Shown: positions 11,001-22,352, counted from the stretch's first letter. The stretch is 64,000 nt of DNA from an uncultured Fibrobacterota bacterium (GCA_963753345.1 CAVWBU010000026.1:32001-96000); one strand, 5' to 3'. A program made the numbers and translations. The notes: generated from the letters alone by a model not told the origin.

Positions 11001-11143
11001 GGGCGCCCCGCCGCTTTGCGGCGGCGGCCCTCCCTCCGGTCTCGGCCTTCAGCCTCGGGCTGCCTGCCACAAGGGCCCTGCGGGCCGTGGTCAGGCAGCA
11101 CCGCGCTTTGGCGCGGCCTCCAGTCCTGCCTGGCGCGTGGCAG
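11001..11143 (+). repeat. Structured repeat family A, copy 2
   Basis: Colinear with copy 1, hairpins conserved with different sequence. Confidence 0.85.
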
Positions 11144-11250
11144 CGGAATCTTTCACAATTTCATCAAGATTGATAAACAAGAATTTGCCTCTGCTATTTC
11201 CTGAGAATTCAGATCGCGCAAGTACTACGACTTGACTAAATAGACCTTGG

Positions 11251-11420
11251 TTGCCGCGCGTTAGGTGGACCGAAGGGTGAGCTGGAGCGAATTGCCGCCT
11301 GATCCCTCGCCGAAGGCGGTTGGGACAGGCGGCAACGAGGCGAACAGCCGAGCCCGGAGGGAGACCGACCCCATTTGTAGAAGCGCAAAATCCTGCGCCT
11401 CTACAAATGGGGGAACGCCC
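11251..11420 (-). repeat. Structured repeat family A, copy 3 (inverted relative to copy 2)
   Basis: Reverse complement reads GGGCGTT-long hairpin-TCTCCCTCCGGGCTCGGC...CCTAACGC. Confidence 0.8.
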
Positions 11421-11575
11421 AAGTCCTGATTTTTAAGACAATTCCTTACCCGCCATATTCAAATAAATCAGCCACCTGCACGAATTTACTTAGATGGCCA
11501 AAAGTATTTTCTAGGGTTGAAACAACTATATGGATACAACAGTCCAACCCTAGGACAAAAAGGGACAAGAATATT

Positions 11576-14017
11576 ATGGTCAACGGAATGTTCACCGACC
11601 GCGTCAAGAAGGTGATGCAGATCGCCCGCGAAGAGGCGGTGCGGCTCGGCAACGATTATGTGGGGACCGAGCACCTTCTGCTCGGCCTCATCAAGGAAGG
11701 GGACGGCGTGGCCGTTGCCGTGCTGCGGAGCATGAGCGTGGACCTCGACGAGCTCGCCGCGAACATCGAAAAAGCGATCACTTCAACCGGCGGCATGATG
11801 ACCATCGGCCAGATGCTGCCTTTTACGCCGCGGGCGAAGAAAGTGCTCGAAATTGCCGCCAACGAAGCCCGCTCAATGTCGCACAAGTACATCGGCACCG
11901 AGCACCTGCTGCTGGCGCTTATGAAAGACACCGAATCGACCGCGTCCAACGCGCTCGCCTCCGCCGGCCTTGAATACGACCGCGTCAAGGAGGAGATAAG
12001 CAGGGTTCTCCGGGGCGGGGAGAGCGTGGGCGCCCCCAAGGAAAAAAGCAAGACGCCGTTCCTCGACCATTTCGGCAGGGACCTCACCGGTCTTGCCCGC
12101 GAGGGAAAGCTCGACCCCGTTATCGGCAGGGAAAAGGAAATAGAGCGCGTGGTCCAGATCCTGAGCCGGCGCAAGAAGAACAACCCGGTGCTCATCGGCG
12201 AACCCGGCATCGGCAAGACCGCCATCGTGGAAGGCCTGGCCCAGAAGATCTTTGACAAAAGCATACCGCAGGTGCTCGAGAACAAGCGCGTGATCAACCT
12301 CGATATGGCCTCCATCGTTGCGGGCACCAAGTACCGCGGCCAGTTCGAGGAGCGGCTGAAAGCCCTTATGGTGGAACTGCAGAAAAACGAGAACGTCATC
12401 ATTTTCATCGACGAGCTGCACACAATCGTGGGCGCGGGCGGCTCCGAGGGCAGCCTCGACGCCTCCAACATCTTCAAGCCCGCGCTGTCGCGGGGGGAAA
12501 TCCAGTGCGTGGGCGCCACCACGCTTGACGAATACAGAAAGTACATCGAAAAGGACGGCGCGCTCGCCCGGCGCTTTCAGACTATCATGGTGGACCCCCC
12601 GAACACGGCCGAGACGGTCCAGATCCTCATGGGCCTGCGTCACCGGTACGAGGACCACCACAAGGTGACGTATTCCGATAAAGCAATCGAAGTCGCCGTC
12701 AAGCTGGCCGAGCGCTACATTTCGGACCGGTTCCATCCCGACAAGGCCATCGACGTCATCGACGAGGCGGGCGCGCGCAAGCGGCTCTCCAGCATGGAGA
12801 TCCCGCCCGAGATCCGGCAGATGGAGCTTGAGATCAACGACGTGATCAAGGAAAAGGAAAAATCCGTTGAGCACCAGGAATTCGAGAAGGCCGCCAAGCT
12901 CCGCGACAAACAGGAAAAGCTCAAGGAGACACTCCTCGAAAAGAAAGCGCTGTGGCGCAAGTCGAAGTCCGAGGAGCGGCTCCTGGTTGACGAGGCCACC
13001 ATCATCGAGGTGATTTCCACCATGACCGGCATCCCGCTGTCGCGGCTCGAGGAGGAGGAGTCGAAAAAGCTGCTCCACCTCGAAGACGAGCTGCGCAAGC
13101 GCGTGATCGGGCAGGACAAGGCGCTGGAGGCCGTGGCAAAGAGCATCCGGCGCTCGCGCGCGGGCCTGCACAATGCGCGGCGTCCCATTGCGTCGTTTAT
13201 CTTTCTGGGTCCCACGGGCGTGGGCAAGACCGAACTGGCAAAGGCGCTGGCCGAGAACCTGTTCAACTCCGATGACGCGCTCGTAAGAATTGACATGTCG
13301 GAGTACATGGAGAAGTTCGCCGTGTCGAGGCTGGTGGGCGCGCCCCCCGGCTACGTGGGGTACGAAGAGGGCGGGCAGCTGAGCGAGAAGATACGCAAGA
13401 AGCCGTATGCGGTCATTCTTCTTGACGAAATAGAAAAGGCGCATCCCGACGTGTTCAACATCCTGCTGCAGATCCTCGACGACGGCCTGCTCACCGATTC
13501 GTACGGCCGCCATGTTAATTTCAAGAACACCATCATCATCATGACCAGCAACGCCGGCTCGCGCGACGTGCGCAAAACCGGCAGCCTGGGGTTCGGCAAG
13601 AGCACCGACGTGTCCGACTACGAGTCCATGAAGTCGAAGGTGATGGACGAGCTCAAGCGCATCTTCAATCCGGAGTTCCTCAACCGCGTCGACGAAACCA
13701 TCGTGTTCAATCCGCTTGGCAAAGAGGAAATCGCCAAGATCGTGGAGATCCAGCTCGCCGAGGTGCAGGAGAAGCTTGTCGAGCGCACCGTGACGCTCAG
13801 GGTGAGCGAGTCGGCCAAGGCGTTCATCCTCGACCACGGTTTCGACCCGATTCTGGGCGCGCGCCCCATGCGCCGCTCCATCCAGAAGCTCGTGGAAGAC
13901 AGGCTCGCCGAGGAGTTTCTCAACAACAGGTTCGCCGACGGAGACACGATCCTCATAGAAGCCGGCAACGACCAGCTCGAGTTTTCCAAGGCCGCTCCGG
14001 ACCATGAAACCACGTAG
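11576..14017 (+). CDS. clpC: ATP-dependent Clp protease ATP-binding subunit ClpC
   Basis: Two Clp-N repeats, GEPGIGKT and GPTGVGKT, UVR coiled coil, LGF ClpP-docking loop. Confidence 0.96.
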   Translation: MVNGMFTDRVKKVMQIAREEAVRLGNDYVGTEHLLLGLIKEGDGVAVAVLRSMSVDLDELAANIEKAITSTGGMMTIGQMLPFTPRAKKVLEIAANEARSMSHKYIGTEHLLLALMKDTESTASNALASAGLEYDRVKEEISRVLRGGESVGAPKEKSKTPFLDHFGRDLTGLAREGKLDPVIGREKEIERVVQILSRRKKNNPVLIGEPGIGKTAIVEGLAQKIFDKSIPQVLENKRVINLDMASIVAGTKYRGQFEERLKALMVELQKNENVIIFIDELHTIVGAGGSEGSLDASNIFKPALSRGEIQCVGATTLDEYRKYIEKDGALARRFQTIMVDPPNTAETVQILMGLRHRYEDHHKVTYSDKAIEVAVKLAERYISDRFHPDKAIDVIDEAGARKRLSSMEIPPEIRQMELEINDVIKEKEKSVEHQEFEKAAKLRDKQEKLKETLLEKKALWRKSKSEERLLVDEATIIEVISTMTGIPLSRLEEEESKKLLHLEDELRKRVIGQDKALEAVAKSIRRSRAGLHNARRPIASFIFLGPTGVGKTELAKALAENLFNSDDALVRIDMSEYMEKFAVSRLVGAPPGYVGYEEGGQLSEKIRKKPYAVILLDEIEKAHPDVFNILLQILDDGLLTDSYGRHVNFKNTIIIMTSNAGSRDVRKTGSLGFGKSTDVSDYESMKSKVMDELKRIFNPEFLNRVDETIVFNPLGKEEIAKIVEIQLAEVQEKLVERTVTLRVSESAKAFILDHGFDPILGARPMRRSIQKLVEDRLAEEFLNNRFADGDTILIEAGNDQLEFSKAAPDHETT

Positions 14018-17000
14018 GTGGGTTATTGTCGTTTTCGCATGCCTTCTCGCCGCGGCCGCCGGGACGGTGGTCGGGGTCCGGCACCTCGAAAAGAGCAGGA
14101 ACATCGAGCGCGTCCTTGTCCAACGGCTGTCGGCGGCGACCGGAGGAGAGTTTTCGGTGGGGCGCGTGCGCCTCGGTTTTTTTTCCGTCTTCCTCGAGAA
14201 CATTTCCGCCTCGCTCCAGACCAATTCCCTTAACGCAAGCGTGCGCGACATCGAGGTCGCCTTCTCCTTGTGGAAGCTCATAACAACGCGGGGCGATTTC
14301 GGCAAAAGCATATCAAAGATCATCCTCTTTTCGCCCGCGCTTGAAATCCGGCTCGCGCAGGCGCCTTTCCCCGCGCAGGGGCCGACTCTTTCCAAAGGGG
14401 AAGGCGTCACGATGCTGTCGGCGTTCAGGAATTTCCCGGTGCAATACCTGCTTGTGCGCAAGGGAACGGTGTCGCTCAGGACCGGCAAGGCCGGCGCCGT
14501 GGTCCTGGGCGAGGACCTTTCAGGACGCGTGTGGGACGAGGACCGCGCCGTGATGCTCGAGGTGAAGGGGACTATTGCATCGAACCGCAAGAACCTTTTC
14601 GTGTCGGCCGTGTTTTCCAAGACAGGGTCCCGCCACCGCGTGTCGCTCCGGATCGACAGGGTCCCCATCCAGCGCCCCATAGACCTCCATGCGGCAAAGG
14701 TGACCGCGGGAACCCTCGACGGCGTGTTCGAGTTTTCGTTTCCCGACTCGGTGACCGCCCGGACCTTCGAGTCGAGCGGCTGGCTCCACATTTCCCGGGG
14801 AACCTGTTCCGTTGCCGGGTACGATGCTCCCATTACGTCAATAGGACTTTCGGCGGCGCTTGCCAATACCACGGTGCGCGTCGATTCCTTTTCCTGCGAA
14901 ACCCGCGGGATCCTCCTTTCGGCCAAAGGTGCATGGGATGTTGCCGGAGCGGACACCGGCCAGAGCGCCATGGTGGTGCGCGCGGCGGGAATCCGACCCG
15001 AAGCGGTTTTCGGGCTGCCGAAATCGTTTGCAAAGAACCTTTCCGGAACGGTGTGGGCGGAGGCACGGTTCACAAAGGGGAATGGCGGGACGCAGACAAG
15101 GTTTTCCGTCACGGCCGGAGGGCTCAGCGTGTTTGAATTTCCCGTTTCGGCGGTGGAATGCCGGGGCTGGTTCGACGCCACGCAGGCGACAGCCGATACA
15201 CTGCTTTTGCGCGGTCCTGCGCTCAGGCTCGCGGCTTCCGGCATTGCGACGTACGAAAAAAAACCGGTGGCGTATTCGGTGATGTTTTCCGCGGCGCTCG
15301 ACTCGATAAGGAGCCTGCCGGCACTGCACGGCGCCATCGCCGTGGCGGGCACGGTGCGCGGCCTCGGCGCCGACTACTACGTCGATGGGGTTGCCGGCAG
15401 CCGGTCCCTTTCGTGGAGCGGAATCCGGCTCGGCGCCCCTGACGTGCGATTTACAAAAGCGAACGGAAAGGGCCTTTCGTTTTCGACGCTTCCCTCGAAC
15501 GGCGCCTATGGTTCCGCCGAGGGAATCATCGACAGCATCGACGCCGGCAGGCCGCTGGCAGCATGCAACCTTGCCGCGGGCCCGCGGCTTCTGGAAGAAC
15601 TGGTCGCCGAGGCAAGCCCCGGCCTGGCGCACGACATGGATTCGGCGTGGGCAGCGGTGTCCTTCAAGGGCACGGCCCGGGCCTTCGGCGCCCGCGGGCA
15701 GGCGGGAATCCGGCTCCGGCCGGCCGGCGCCTTTCCCGCGCTGCGGGGCGGTGTGGAAGTTGTGCTGGACAAAACGGAAAACGACAGGGCGATCCGCTGG
15801 CAGGTTTCCCAGAAAGGTCTTGCCGTTTCCGACAGTCTGGTTCCGCTGCGGGGCCAGGGAAGGTTGTGGGAGGATTCGCTGTCAATCGATTCGGCGGTGG
15901 CGCTCTCCGTTGTCCGCGGAAACGGCACGGTGCGCTTCGAAGGCGCAGCCTCGGATTTCTCGCTGCGGTGCCCCGGCCTGCCCGTACCGGCGCTGAGCAG
16001 GCTGTTCTTCAAAGGTAAATTTCCCCTTTCGGACGGCACTTTTTCCGGGACCTGCCGCTTTTCCGCTGCAGGCGGGGGCAGTGTCCGCACCGACTGCGAC
16101 CTGCACCTGAGGGGCGGCGTCATGGGCCCGTACACCGGCGTGGAGACGGATGCGATCGTGCAAACCAGGGACAACGCGCTCACCGTCCTTCCGCTCGTGG
16201 TGCGTCAGAACGGCGTTGCGCTCATTGCCGTTGACACGGTGACCGCCGGCAAAGGGGGCCTCCGGTTTTCGGGCGCGCTCAAAGAGGTGGAGGCGTCGGC
16301 CCTGCTTTCGCCGCTGTTGCCCGAGGACTTCAGGAGCGGACACGAGATCAAGGGGACCGTGTCGTGCGAGTTTTCGTCGACGACGGATGGCGCCGCAAAT
16401 GTAACCCTGCGCTCGGGCAGGATCTCGCTTGACTCATGGCAAATCGACCGCGTGAAGGCGGCTGCCGTAATTGACGGAAAGGGAATTCTGGTGCGGTTGT
16501 TTTCGGCGGAGGACTCGCTTCGGTCGAAGCTCACCGCCTCGGGATTCTTCCCCTGGTCGGTGATGACCGAATCGGAAAACGACGGCGACACGCTCGAGGC
16601 GCAGGCAATGGTGAGCGGCGATCTCCTCTCTTCGTTCGGGCGCAACGCGGCGGTTCCCCTGTACCTGCCGGTCTCCGGCAGCGGCGCGGGGACCATCGAG
16701 GTTGCCCTGAAAGGGACCCGCGATAACATGCGCCTCACCAAAGCTCTTGTCCAGATTCCGCACGGGGTCCTGCGGGCAAAACCGTACGTGCCGGAGGAAA
16801 TCCGGGATTTTTCCCTGCGCATGACCCTGGACAACGCAGGTCCCGCGGCCGAGGACTCGGAGGAAGACAATGCGTTCGGCACCGCAAGAATCACCACCGT
16901 GGTGACCGGCATTGTAGGCCGCAGGCCCATCCGCATCCATTCCACGCACGATATTCCCGCCGGCTTCGAGCCCATCACGCTCGGGTTCCTCGATCTCGGC

Positions 17001-18188
17001 GCCCTGCTCTTCAGCACCCCGAAGCGGGGGATCGACGTTCACGTGCCAGGCCTCATGGAAATCGGGGCGCCGGGCGACGTTGAATTCGGCCCCAAGGCGC
17101 CCTTTCCGGAATTCGCGCTGTCGGGACCCGTCGACCGTCTGTGCATCACGGGCACGTGGGTGATGCGCTCGATGGACATCACGTTTCCACCGCTTGACAA
17201 CGTGGAAACGCACGTGCCGTTCGACCCGTTTCCTTACATCACCTGGAACCTCGACCTGCGCGCCGGCAACCGCAAGGTGATGTACTACTACGATGCCGGC
17301 AAGAACAGGAAGCTGATGCGTTTCGTGGAGTGTTACATAGACCCGACGTCGGTATTATCGATGCGGGGCCGCGTTCTCGACAATTCGTTCAAGATCCTCG
17401 GCGCGCTCCGGTCAAATTCCGGCTCGGTTTTCTTCGCGCGGACCTTCGACAGAAACGTGGACGTGGGGCTCGATTTCGTGCCGCAGCCGCTCGGCGCGGG
17501 AAAAGGCTACGACAACATGCCCATCATCTGGGGGAGCGCGGAGGCCATGTCCGACACGAGCAGGTTCGACCGCGTCAAGCTCACCCTCATCGTGCGCGAT
17601 TCGGTGACGGGGGCGTGGTCGGAGCACGGCAGGTTCTACGACATCCATTTCCGCGCGGGCTCCGACATCGAAAACATCCCCGGTGAATCAGAGAAGCAGT
17701 TTGTGAGCGACCAGGGGAGCAAGTACGGTTCCGTCGGCGGCGCAGGCCAGTTCATGTCGTCGGTCGGCGAGCAGTATCTGCACCATGTTTTGCTCCAGAA
17801 TCTGGAACACCGCCTCGCCCGCACGCTGGGGCTCGACGTGATTAACGTTGAAACGTCCATTGCGTCGAATTATTTTAATAAGCTTTACGCGCACCAATTC
17901 GACTGGAACAAATGGGATTACCTCACGTTCGCGAACGTCGGCGTCACGGTAGGGCGGTACGTATTATACGACAAGGTCTTCCTCAAGTGGCGGACGGAAC
18001 TGGTGCCCATCGACACGGTTCTGAGGCCGCAGTACGACTTCGGGTTTGAGTTCCAACCGCTGCAACCGATTCTCCTGGACGTCAATTACGGTGTTTACAA
18101 GGGAGACAAGTCGCTTGAGGCCAACCCCACGGTGTATCTGTGGCTGCAGTTGCCCATCAAAAACGTGCGGAAACTGTTCGACTTCTAG
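14004..18188 (+). CDS. AsmA/TamB-like envelope-bridging protein
   Basis: N-terminal TM anchor, 1394 aa beta-rich body, TamB-like C-terminus (LGLDVINVE, VTVGRY); directly upstream of bamA. Confidence 0.6.
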   Translation: MKPRRWVIVVFACLLAAAAGTVVGVRHLEKSRNIERVLVQRLSAATGGEFSVGRVRLGFFSVFLENISASLQTNSLNASVRDIEVAFSLWKLITTRGDFGKSISKIILFSPALEIRLAQAPFPAQGPTLSKGEGVTMLSAFRNFPVQYLLVRKGTVSLRTGKAGAVVLGEDLSGRVWDEDRAVMLEVKGTIASNRKNLFVSAVFSKTGSRHRVSLRIDRVPIQRPIDLHAAKVTAGTLDGVFEFSFPDSVTARTFESSGWLHISRGTCSVAGYDAPITSIGLSAALANTTVRVDSFSCETRGILLSAKGAWDVAGADTGQSAMVVRAAGIRPEAVFGLPKSFAKNLSGTVWAEARFTKGNGGTQTRFSVTAGGLSVFEFPVSAVECRGWFDATQATADTLLLRGPALRLAASGIATYEKKPVAYSVMFSAALDSIRSLPALHGAIAVAGTVRGLGADYYVDGVAGSRSLSWSGIRLGAPDVRFTKANGKGLSFSTLPSNGAYGSAEGIIDSIDAGRPLAACNLAAGPRLLEELVAEASPGLAHDMDSAWAAVSFKGTARAFGARGQAGIRLRPAGAFPALRGGVEVVLDKTENDRAIRWQVSQKGLAVSDSLVPLRGQGRLWEDSLSIDSAVALSVVRGNGTVRFEGAASDFSLRCPGLPVPALSRLFFKGKFPLSDGTFSGTCRFSAAGGGSVRTDCDLHLRGGVMGPYTGVETDAIVQTRDNALTVLPLVVRQNGVALIAVDTVTAGKGGLRFSGALKEVEASALLSPLLPEDFRSGHEIKGTVSCEFSSTTDGAANVTLRSGRISLDSWQIDRVKAAAVIDGKGILVRLFSAEDSLRSKLTASGFFPWSVMTESENDGDTLEAQAMVSGDLLSSFGRNAAVPLYLPVSGSGAGTIEVALKGTRDNMRLTKALVQIPHGVLRAKPYVPEEIRDFSLRMTLDNAGPAAEDSEEDNAFGTARITTVVTGIVGRRPIRIHSTHDIPAGFEPITLGFLDLGALLFSTPKRGIDVHVPGLMEIGAPGDVEFGPKAPFPEFALSGPVDRLCITGTWVMRSMDITFPPLDNVETHVPFDPFPYITWNLDLRAGNRKVMYYYDAGKNRKLMRFVECYIDPTSVLSMRGRVLDNSFKILGALRSNSGSVFFARTFDRNVDVGLDFVPQPLGAGKGYDNMPIIWGSAEAMSDTSRFDRVKLTLIVRDSVTGAWSEHGRFYDIHFRAGSDIENIPGESEKQFVSDQGSKYGSVGGAGQFMSSVGEQYLHHVLLQNLEHRLARTLGLDVINVETSIASNYFNKLYAHQFDWNKWDYLTFANVGVTVGRYVLYDKVFLKWRTELVPIDTVLRPQYDFGFEFQPLQPILLDVNYGVYKGDKSLEANPTVYLWLQLPIKNVRKLFDF

Positions 18189-18195
18189 GAACTTC

Positions 18196-20457
18196 ATGAA
18201 AAACGTCCATGCCGCCCTTCTCGCCGTGCTCGCCGTCGCAATGCTCGCCGGGGCCAAGATCCTCGACACGCTCGTGATCCAGGGCCTTTCGGTTCAGCAG
18301 CCGTCGCTGGTGAGAAACAGCATCGGCCTGCGGGAACACACCGACTTCAACGCTCAGGACGTGCAGCAGGCGCTCAAGAACCTTTACAAGCTCGGGTACT
18401 TCAAGTCCGCGGACTTCTATGTGACAAAGGAGACCGACTCCTCGGCGTCGCTTACGCTCGTGCTCGGCGAGTATCCCATGGTGGAGGTGGTTGAACTGTC
18501 GGGCAACAAGAGGCTCACCAAGAAGGATCTCGAGGAAAAGATGACCATGAAGAAGGGATCGGTGTGCAGCGACGCGCTCCTGTTCGAGAACACGGTGATT
18601 CTCAAGAAGCTGTATGCACAGAAAGGGTTTCACCTGGCCGACATCAAGACCGAGACCATGCCCACCAAGATCCCCGGCAATGTGCTTGTCAAATTCAAAT
18701 TCAACGACGGCCCCAAGGTGCTCATCAAGAAGATCATGTTCAAGGGCAACACCGCGTTCAAGGAAGGCAAGCTCAAGTGGACGTTCAAAACCAAGGAGCG
18801 TCAGTTCTTCTGGGGCGGCGATTTCGACGAGGAACAGTTTAAAAACAACCTCGACTCCCTCATTCTTTTCTACAACGACCAGGGATACGTGGACGCCAGA
18901 GTCGTGCACGACAGCATGTGGTACGGGCCGAACCAGAAAGACCTGTACGTCGCCATCGAGCTTTCCGAAGGCAGGCGGTTCGTCACCGGCGATTTCTATT
19001 TCACCGGCAACAAGGTGATCGAAACGGGGCGGCTCACCGGCACGATTCTCATGAAGAAAGGAAAGCCGTTCCAGAAAAGCAAGTTTGACGCCACCAAGGA
19101 ATTCGTGGTGAACTCCTACCGCGAGGAGGGGTATCTCTGGGTGCAGGTGCGCGACCGTCAGATGTTCCGCGGCGACACCGTCGACGTCACCTTCGACATC
19201 ACCGAAGGAAAACCGGCCATCGTGCGCAAGGTGGACGTCACGGGGAACCTGAAAACCAAGGAGAAAGTGGTGCGCCGCGAGCTTGCCATCATGCCGGGCC
19301 AGAAATACAAGCAGTCCCTGATGATGCGGAGCGTGCGCGACGTGTACCAGCTCAACTTCTTTAGCAACGTAAAGCCCGACCTCCACCCCAACGACGACGG
19401 CACGGTGGACCTTGAATTCGCCATCACCGAAAAAGAGAACATCGGCCAGCTCTCGCTGGGCGCCTCCTATTCGCAGATCGACGGCATCATGGGCACGTTC
19501 ACCACCTCGATCCCGAATTTCCGCGGCGCGGGCCAGCGGCTCGACCTCAATCTGGAATACGGCCAGAACCGCAAAGACGTTTCCGTGGGATTCATGGAGC
19601 CCTGGGCATTCAACACGCCGACCACCCTCAACGGCAGCATATTCGCCCTGTGGAGAAATTACTACGGCGAGCAGACGCAGTACGGGTTTACGGGCAGCGC
19701 CTCCCGCAAGCTCAAGTGGCCCGACGATTATTTTTCGGGGACCGTGGGATACGAATTCGCCTGGAAACAGGAAAGCGATACCACGACCACCCTGTATGCC
19801 AACGGCGTGCATCTGGAGCCCAGGGGGTTCCAGAGCAAGGTGTGGTTCTCGCTTGTCCGCTCCGACTTCGACATGCCCACCTTTCCCAACCAGGGTTCGC
19901 GCCTCGAGATTTCCCCCGAGATTTCGGGCGTAGGCGGCGATTACCGGTTTGTCAAGACGCAGGTCACCTACGACTGGTATTTCCCGCTGTTCTGGAAATT
20001 CGTGCTGTGCACCAAGTCGAAATTCGGGCTCATCACCCCGGCCGACGGTTCCGGGCAGATGCACCTTTCCCGGTACGACGCGTTCGCCGGCGGCGGGTCG
20101 TGGATCACCGACGGCATCATACGCGGCTACAAAGACCGCACGTTCGGCGGCGTGGATTACCCCCAGAACGGCGTGGCGCTTCTCACGATGTCAAGCGAAA
20201 TCCGGTTCCCGGTGATGGAGCAGACGCTGTATCTCTCGATGTTCGGAGACGCGGGCAACACGTGGCAAAGCCTGGAGCAGGTCGATCTCACCGACCTGTA
20301 TCCCGGCGTCGGTTTCGGGCTCAGGCTCGATGTGCCGATGCTCGGGCTCCTCGGGTTCGATTTCGGCTGGGGGCTCCGTGAGCCCAGCCAGTACAAGCAT
20401 TTCGGCATCGCGATCCATGGGTTCGAGTTCGGCTTCCAGCTCGGAAAGGGATTCTAG
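18196..20457 (+). CDS. bamA: Outer membrane protein assembly factor BamA
   Basis: POTRA repeats (GNLKTKEKVVRRE), IRGY loop-6 motif, C-terminal Phe. Confidence 0.95.
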   Translation: MKNVHAALLAVLAVAMLAGAKILDTLVIQGLSVQQPSLVRNSIGLREHTDFNAQDVQQALKNLYKLGYFKSADFYVTKETDSSASLTLVLGEYPMVEVVELSGNKRLTKKDLEEKMTMKKGSVCSDALLFENTVILKKLYAQKGFHLADIKTETMPTKIPGNVLVKFKFNDGPKVLIKKIMFKGNTAFKEGKLKWTFKTKERQFFWGGDFDEEQFKNNLDSLILFYNDQGYVDARVVHDSMWYGPNQKDLYVAIELSEGRRFVTGDFYFTGNKVIETGRLTGTILMKKGKPFQKSKFDATKEFVVNSYREEGYLWVQVRDRQMFRGDTVDVTFDITEGKPAIVRKVDVTGNLKTKEKVVRRELAIMPGQKYKQSLMMRSVRDVYQLNFFSNVKPDLHPNDDGTVDLEFAITEKENIGQLSLGASYSQIDGIMGTFTTSIPNFRGAGQRLDLNLEYGQNRKDVSVGFMEPWAFNTPTTLNGSIFALWRNYYGEQTQYGFTGSASRKLKWPDDYFSGTVGYEFAWKQESDTTTTLYANGVHLEPRGFQSKVWFSLVRSDFDMPTFPNQGSRLEISPEISGVGGDYRFVKTQVTYDWYFPLFWKFVLCTKSKFGLITPADGSGQMHLSRYDAFAGGGSWITDGIIRGYKDRTFGGVDYPQNGVALLTMSSEIRFPVMEQTLYLSMFGDAGNTWQSLEQVDLTDLYPGVGFGLRLDVPMLGLLGFDFGWGLREPSQYKHFGIAIHGFEFGFQLGKGF

Positions 20458-20523
20458 ACAGTTCTTGTCAATGTGGGATTGATGTTTAATGCGACGATCA
20501 CCATCAAATATCCGGAGGTTTTT

Positions 20524-21045
20524 ATGAATTCACGGTTTGCGATGTTCGGCATGCCGATTGTTCTGGCAGGTCTGCTTTCCATGACCGCTGCCCAGATGAA
20601 AGTCGGGTACATCAATTCTGAGGAGATCTTCCGCAATTACGCGGGCACCAAGGAGGCGCAGGAAAAATTCGACAAGGAAGTCGCCAAATGGGAACAGGAC
20701 GCCTCCACGCGCCAGAAGGAGATCAAGGACCTCAAGGACCAGCTCGACAAGCAGAGCCTGCTGCTCTCCGCCGAGCGGAGGACCGAGATCGAAGCGAAGC
20801 TCAAGCAGAAGATGCAGGAATACCAGGATTTCCTGCAGACGAAGTTCGGGCAGAAGGGCGAGGCGCTTTCGAAAAACGAGGAGCTCACCAAGCCCATTAT
20901 CGAGAAGATCCAGAAAATCATCGACAAGATCGCGAAGGAGGACAACTACGACTTCATTTTCGACGCCCGCGCGGGCGGGGTGATCTTCGCGAAAAAGACC
21001 TTCGACCTTACCGAACGCGTGCTTAACATTCTCAACAAGGAATAG
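20524..21045 (+). CDS. skp: OmpH/Skp periplasmic chaperone
   Basis: KVGYIN...coiled coil...YDFIFD...DLTERV; bamA-skp-lpxD synteny. Confidence 0.93.
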   Translation: MNSRFAMFGMPIVLAGLLSMTAAQMKVGYINSEEIFRNYAGTKEAQEKFDKEVAKWEQDASTRQKEIKDLKDQLDKQSLLLSAERRTEIEAKLKQKMQEYQDFLQTKFGQKGEALSKNEELTKPIIEKIQKIIDKIAKEDNYDFIFDARAGGVIFAKKTFDLTERVLNILNKE

Positions 21046-21050
21046 GCTGC

Positions 21051-22091
21051 GTGAAGCTCTCCCGCATCGCCCGCGAACCTCGGGATGCGCGCTCTGACCC
21101 CGCTCTGGGAGACATCGAGATCCGAGGCCTTGCAGACCCGGGGGAAGCCGACGAGCATAGCCTCACGTTCGTGTCCGACCCCAAGTACCTGCCTCTCGTG
21201 GAGCAATCCAGGGCCGTTGCCGTTATTGTCAAGAAGGGAAAGCCGGCCGCCGGAAAGCTCTGCCTCGAAGTGGACGATCCCTACGTCGCGTTTGCAAAGG
21301 TGGCGCAGCTGTTCGAAGACCGCTCGCCGCTGTTCGAGGGGCCCGTGCACCCCACGGCCGCGGTTCATCCGTCCGCGCAGGTTGACAAAACGGCGTTCGT
21401 CGGGCCATGTTCGGTAATCGGCAAAGACTGTAAAATAGGAGCGCGAACCATTGTGGGAGCGCACTGCGTGGTCGAAAACGGGGCCACGGTGGGCGACGAC
21501 TGCCGCATCGATTCGGGCGCCGTTGTCCGCAGGAAGTGCAGGATAGGAAACAGGGTGATCATCCAGTCCGGCGCGGTTGTAGGCTGCGAAGGGTTCGGCA
21601 ACGCGCGCGACGGCGAGAAATGGGTACGCATCCCGTCGTTCGGCACAGTGATCATCGAAGACGACGCGGAAATAGGCGCCTGCACCACCATCGACCGCGG
21701 GACCCTGGAAAACACGATTATCGGCCGAGGCGCACGGCTTGACAATCTTGTTCAGGTCGCGCACAATGTGCGCATCGGCGACCATTGCGCCGTGGCGGCG
21801 CAGGCAGGGTTTTCCGGCAGCACGCACCTCGGCAAGCGCGTGATCGTGGGCGGCCAGGCCGGGTTCGCGGGCCATCTTGAAATCGGCGATGATGTATTTG
21901 TCAATGCACAGTCGGGCGTCGGCAAGGACATCGAAAAAGGCGCAAGGATTTCCGGCTCGCCCACGCGCGATTTTATGACCCTGCGCAGGGCCGAGGCCGC
22001 GCAAATGAAGCTTCCCGAGGCGCTCAAGGAGATAAAGCGGCTGCGGCAGGAGCTTGACGAGGTGAGGGCTGTGCTTGACAAGAAGAAGTGA
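21051..22091 (+). CDS. lpxD: UDP-3-O-acyl-glucosamine N-acyltransferase
   Basis: Hexapeptide repeats, [17 protein letters not shown]. Confidence 0.96.
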   Translation: MKLSRIAREPRDARSDPALGDIEIRGLADPGEADEHSLTFVSDPKYLPLVEQSRAVAVIVKKGKPAAGKLCLEVDDPYVAFAKVAQLFEDRSPLFEGPVHPTAAVHPSAQVDKTAFVGPCSVIGKDCKIGARTIVGAHCVVENGATVGDDCRIDSGAVVRRKCRIGNRVIIQSGAVVGCEGFGNARDGEKWVRIPSFGTVIIEDDAEIGACTTIDRGTLENTIIGRGARLDNLVQVAHNVRIGDHCAVAAQAGFSGSTHLGKRVIVGGQAGFAGHLEIGDDVFVNAQSGVGKDIEKGARISGSPTRDFMTLRRAEAAQMKLPEALKEIKRLRQELDEVRAVLDKKK

Positions 22092-22352
22092 GGCGTTTTG
22101 TTGACCCGTGCGACTGGTCGTTCGCCCTGAGCCGGTCGAAGGGCGGCAGCCGGCAATCGAGATCATGAAGTCGAAAGGATTTCAACACAGGGCGCAAGGA
22201 AAATCGAGAGGATGATGGGGGTTGCAGGGATTTGAAACCGGGATTCCAATCCCTCGACTATCGGATCGGTCATCCAAGTGCAACTTCCTGCTGTCAACCG
22301 TCAACATTCAACTCGGGCTCCGGGAATTAACAATTAAGAAGGACTATATCCA

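Noticed and set aside
11265-11335. Glycine-riboswitch-like words (CTGGAG...CGCCGAAGG...CAGG)
   Set aside because: Fully explained as family A copy 3; the words are not kept in other copies and clpC is not a glycine gene
11873-15352. 1159 aa minus-strand ORF and similar long antisense ORFs (18157-20064, 35712-37892, 50321-52282, 60032-62239)
   Set aside because: They lie opposite well-supported genes and have no recognisable motifs; expected from GC-rich codon bias
22123-22145. CGCCCTGAGCCGGTCGAAGGGCG REP-like hairpin
   Set aside because: Single copy in the window, so it cannot be supported as a repeat
22215-22250. tRNA-like 3' half (minus strand TTCAAATCCCTGCAACCCC)
   Set aside because: T-stem does not pair, no cloverleaf, no match to either tRNA here
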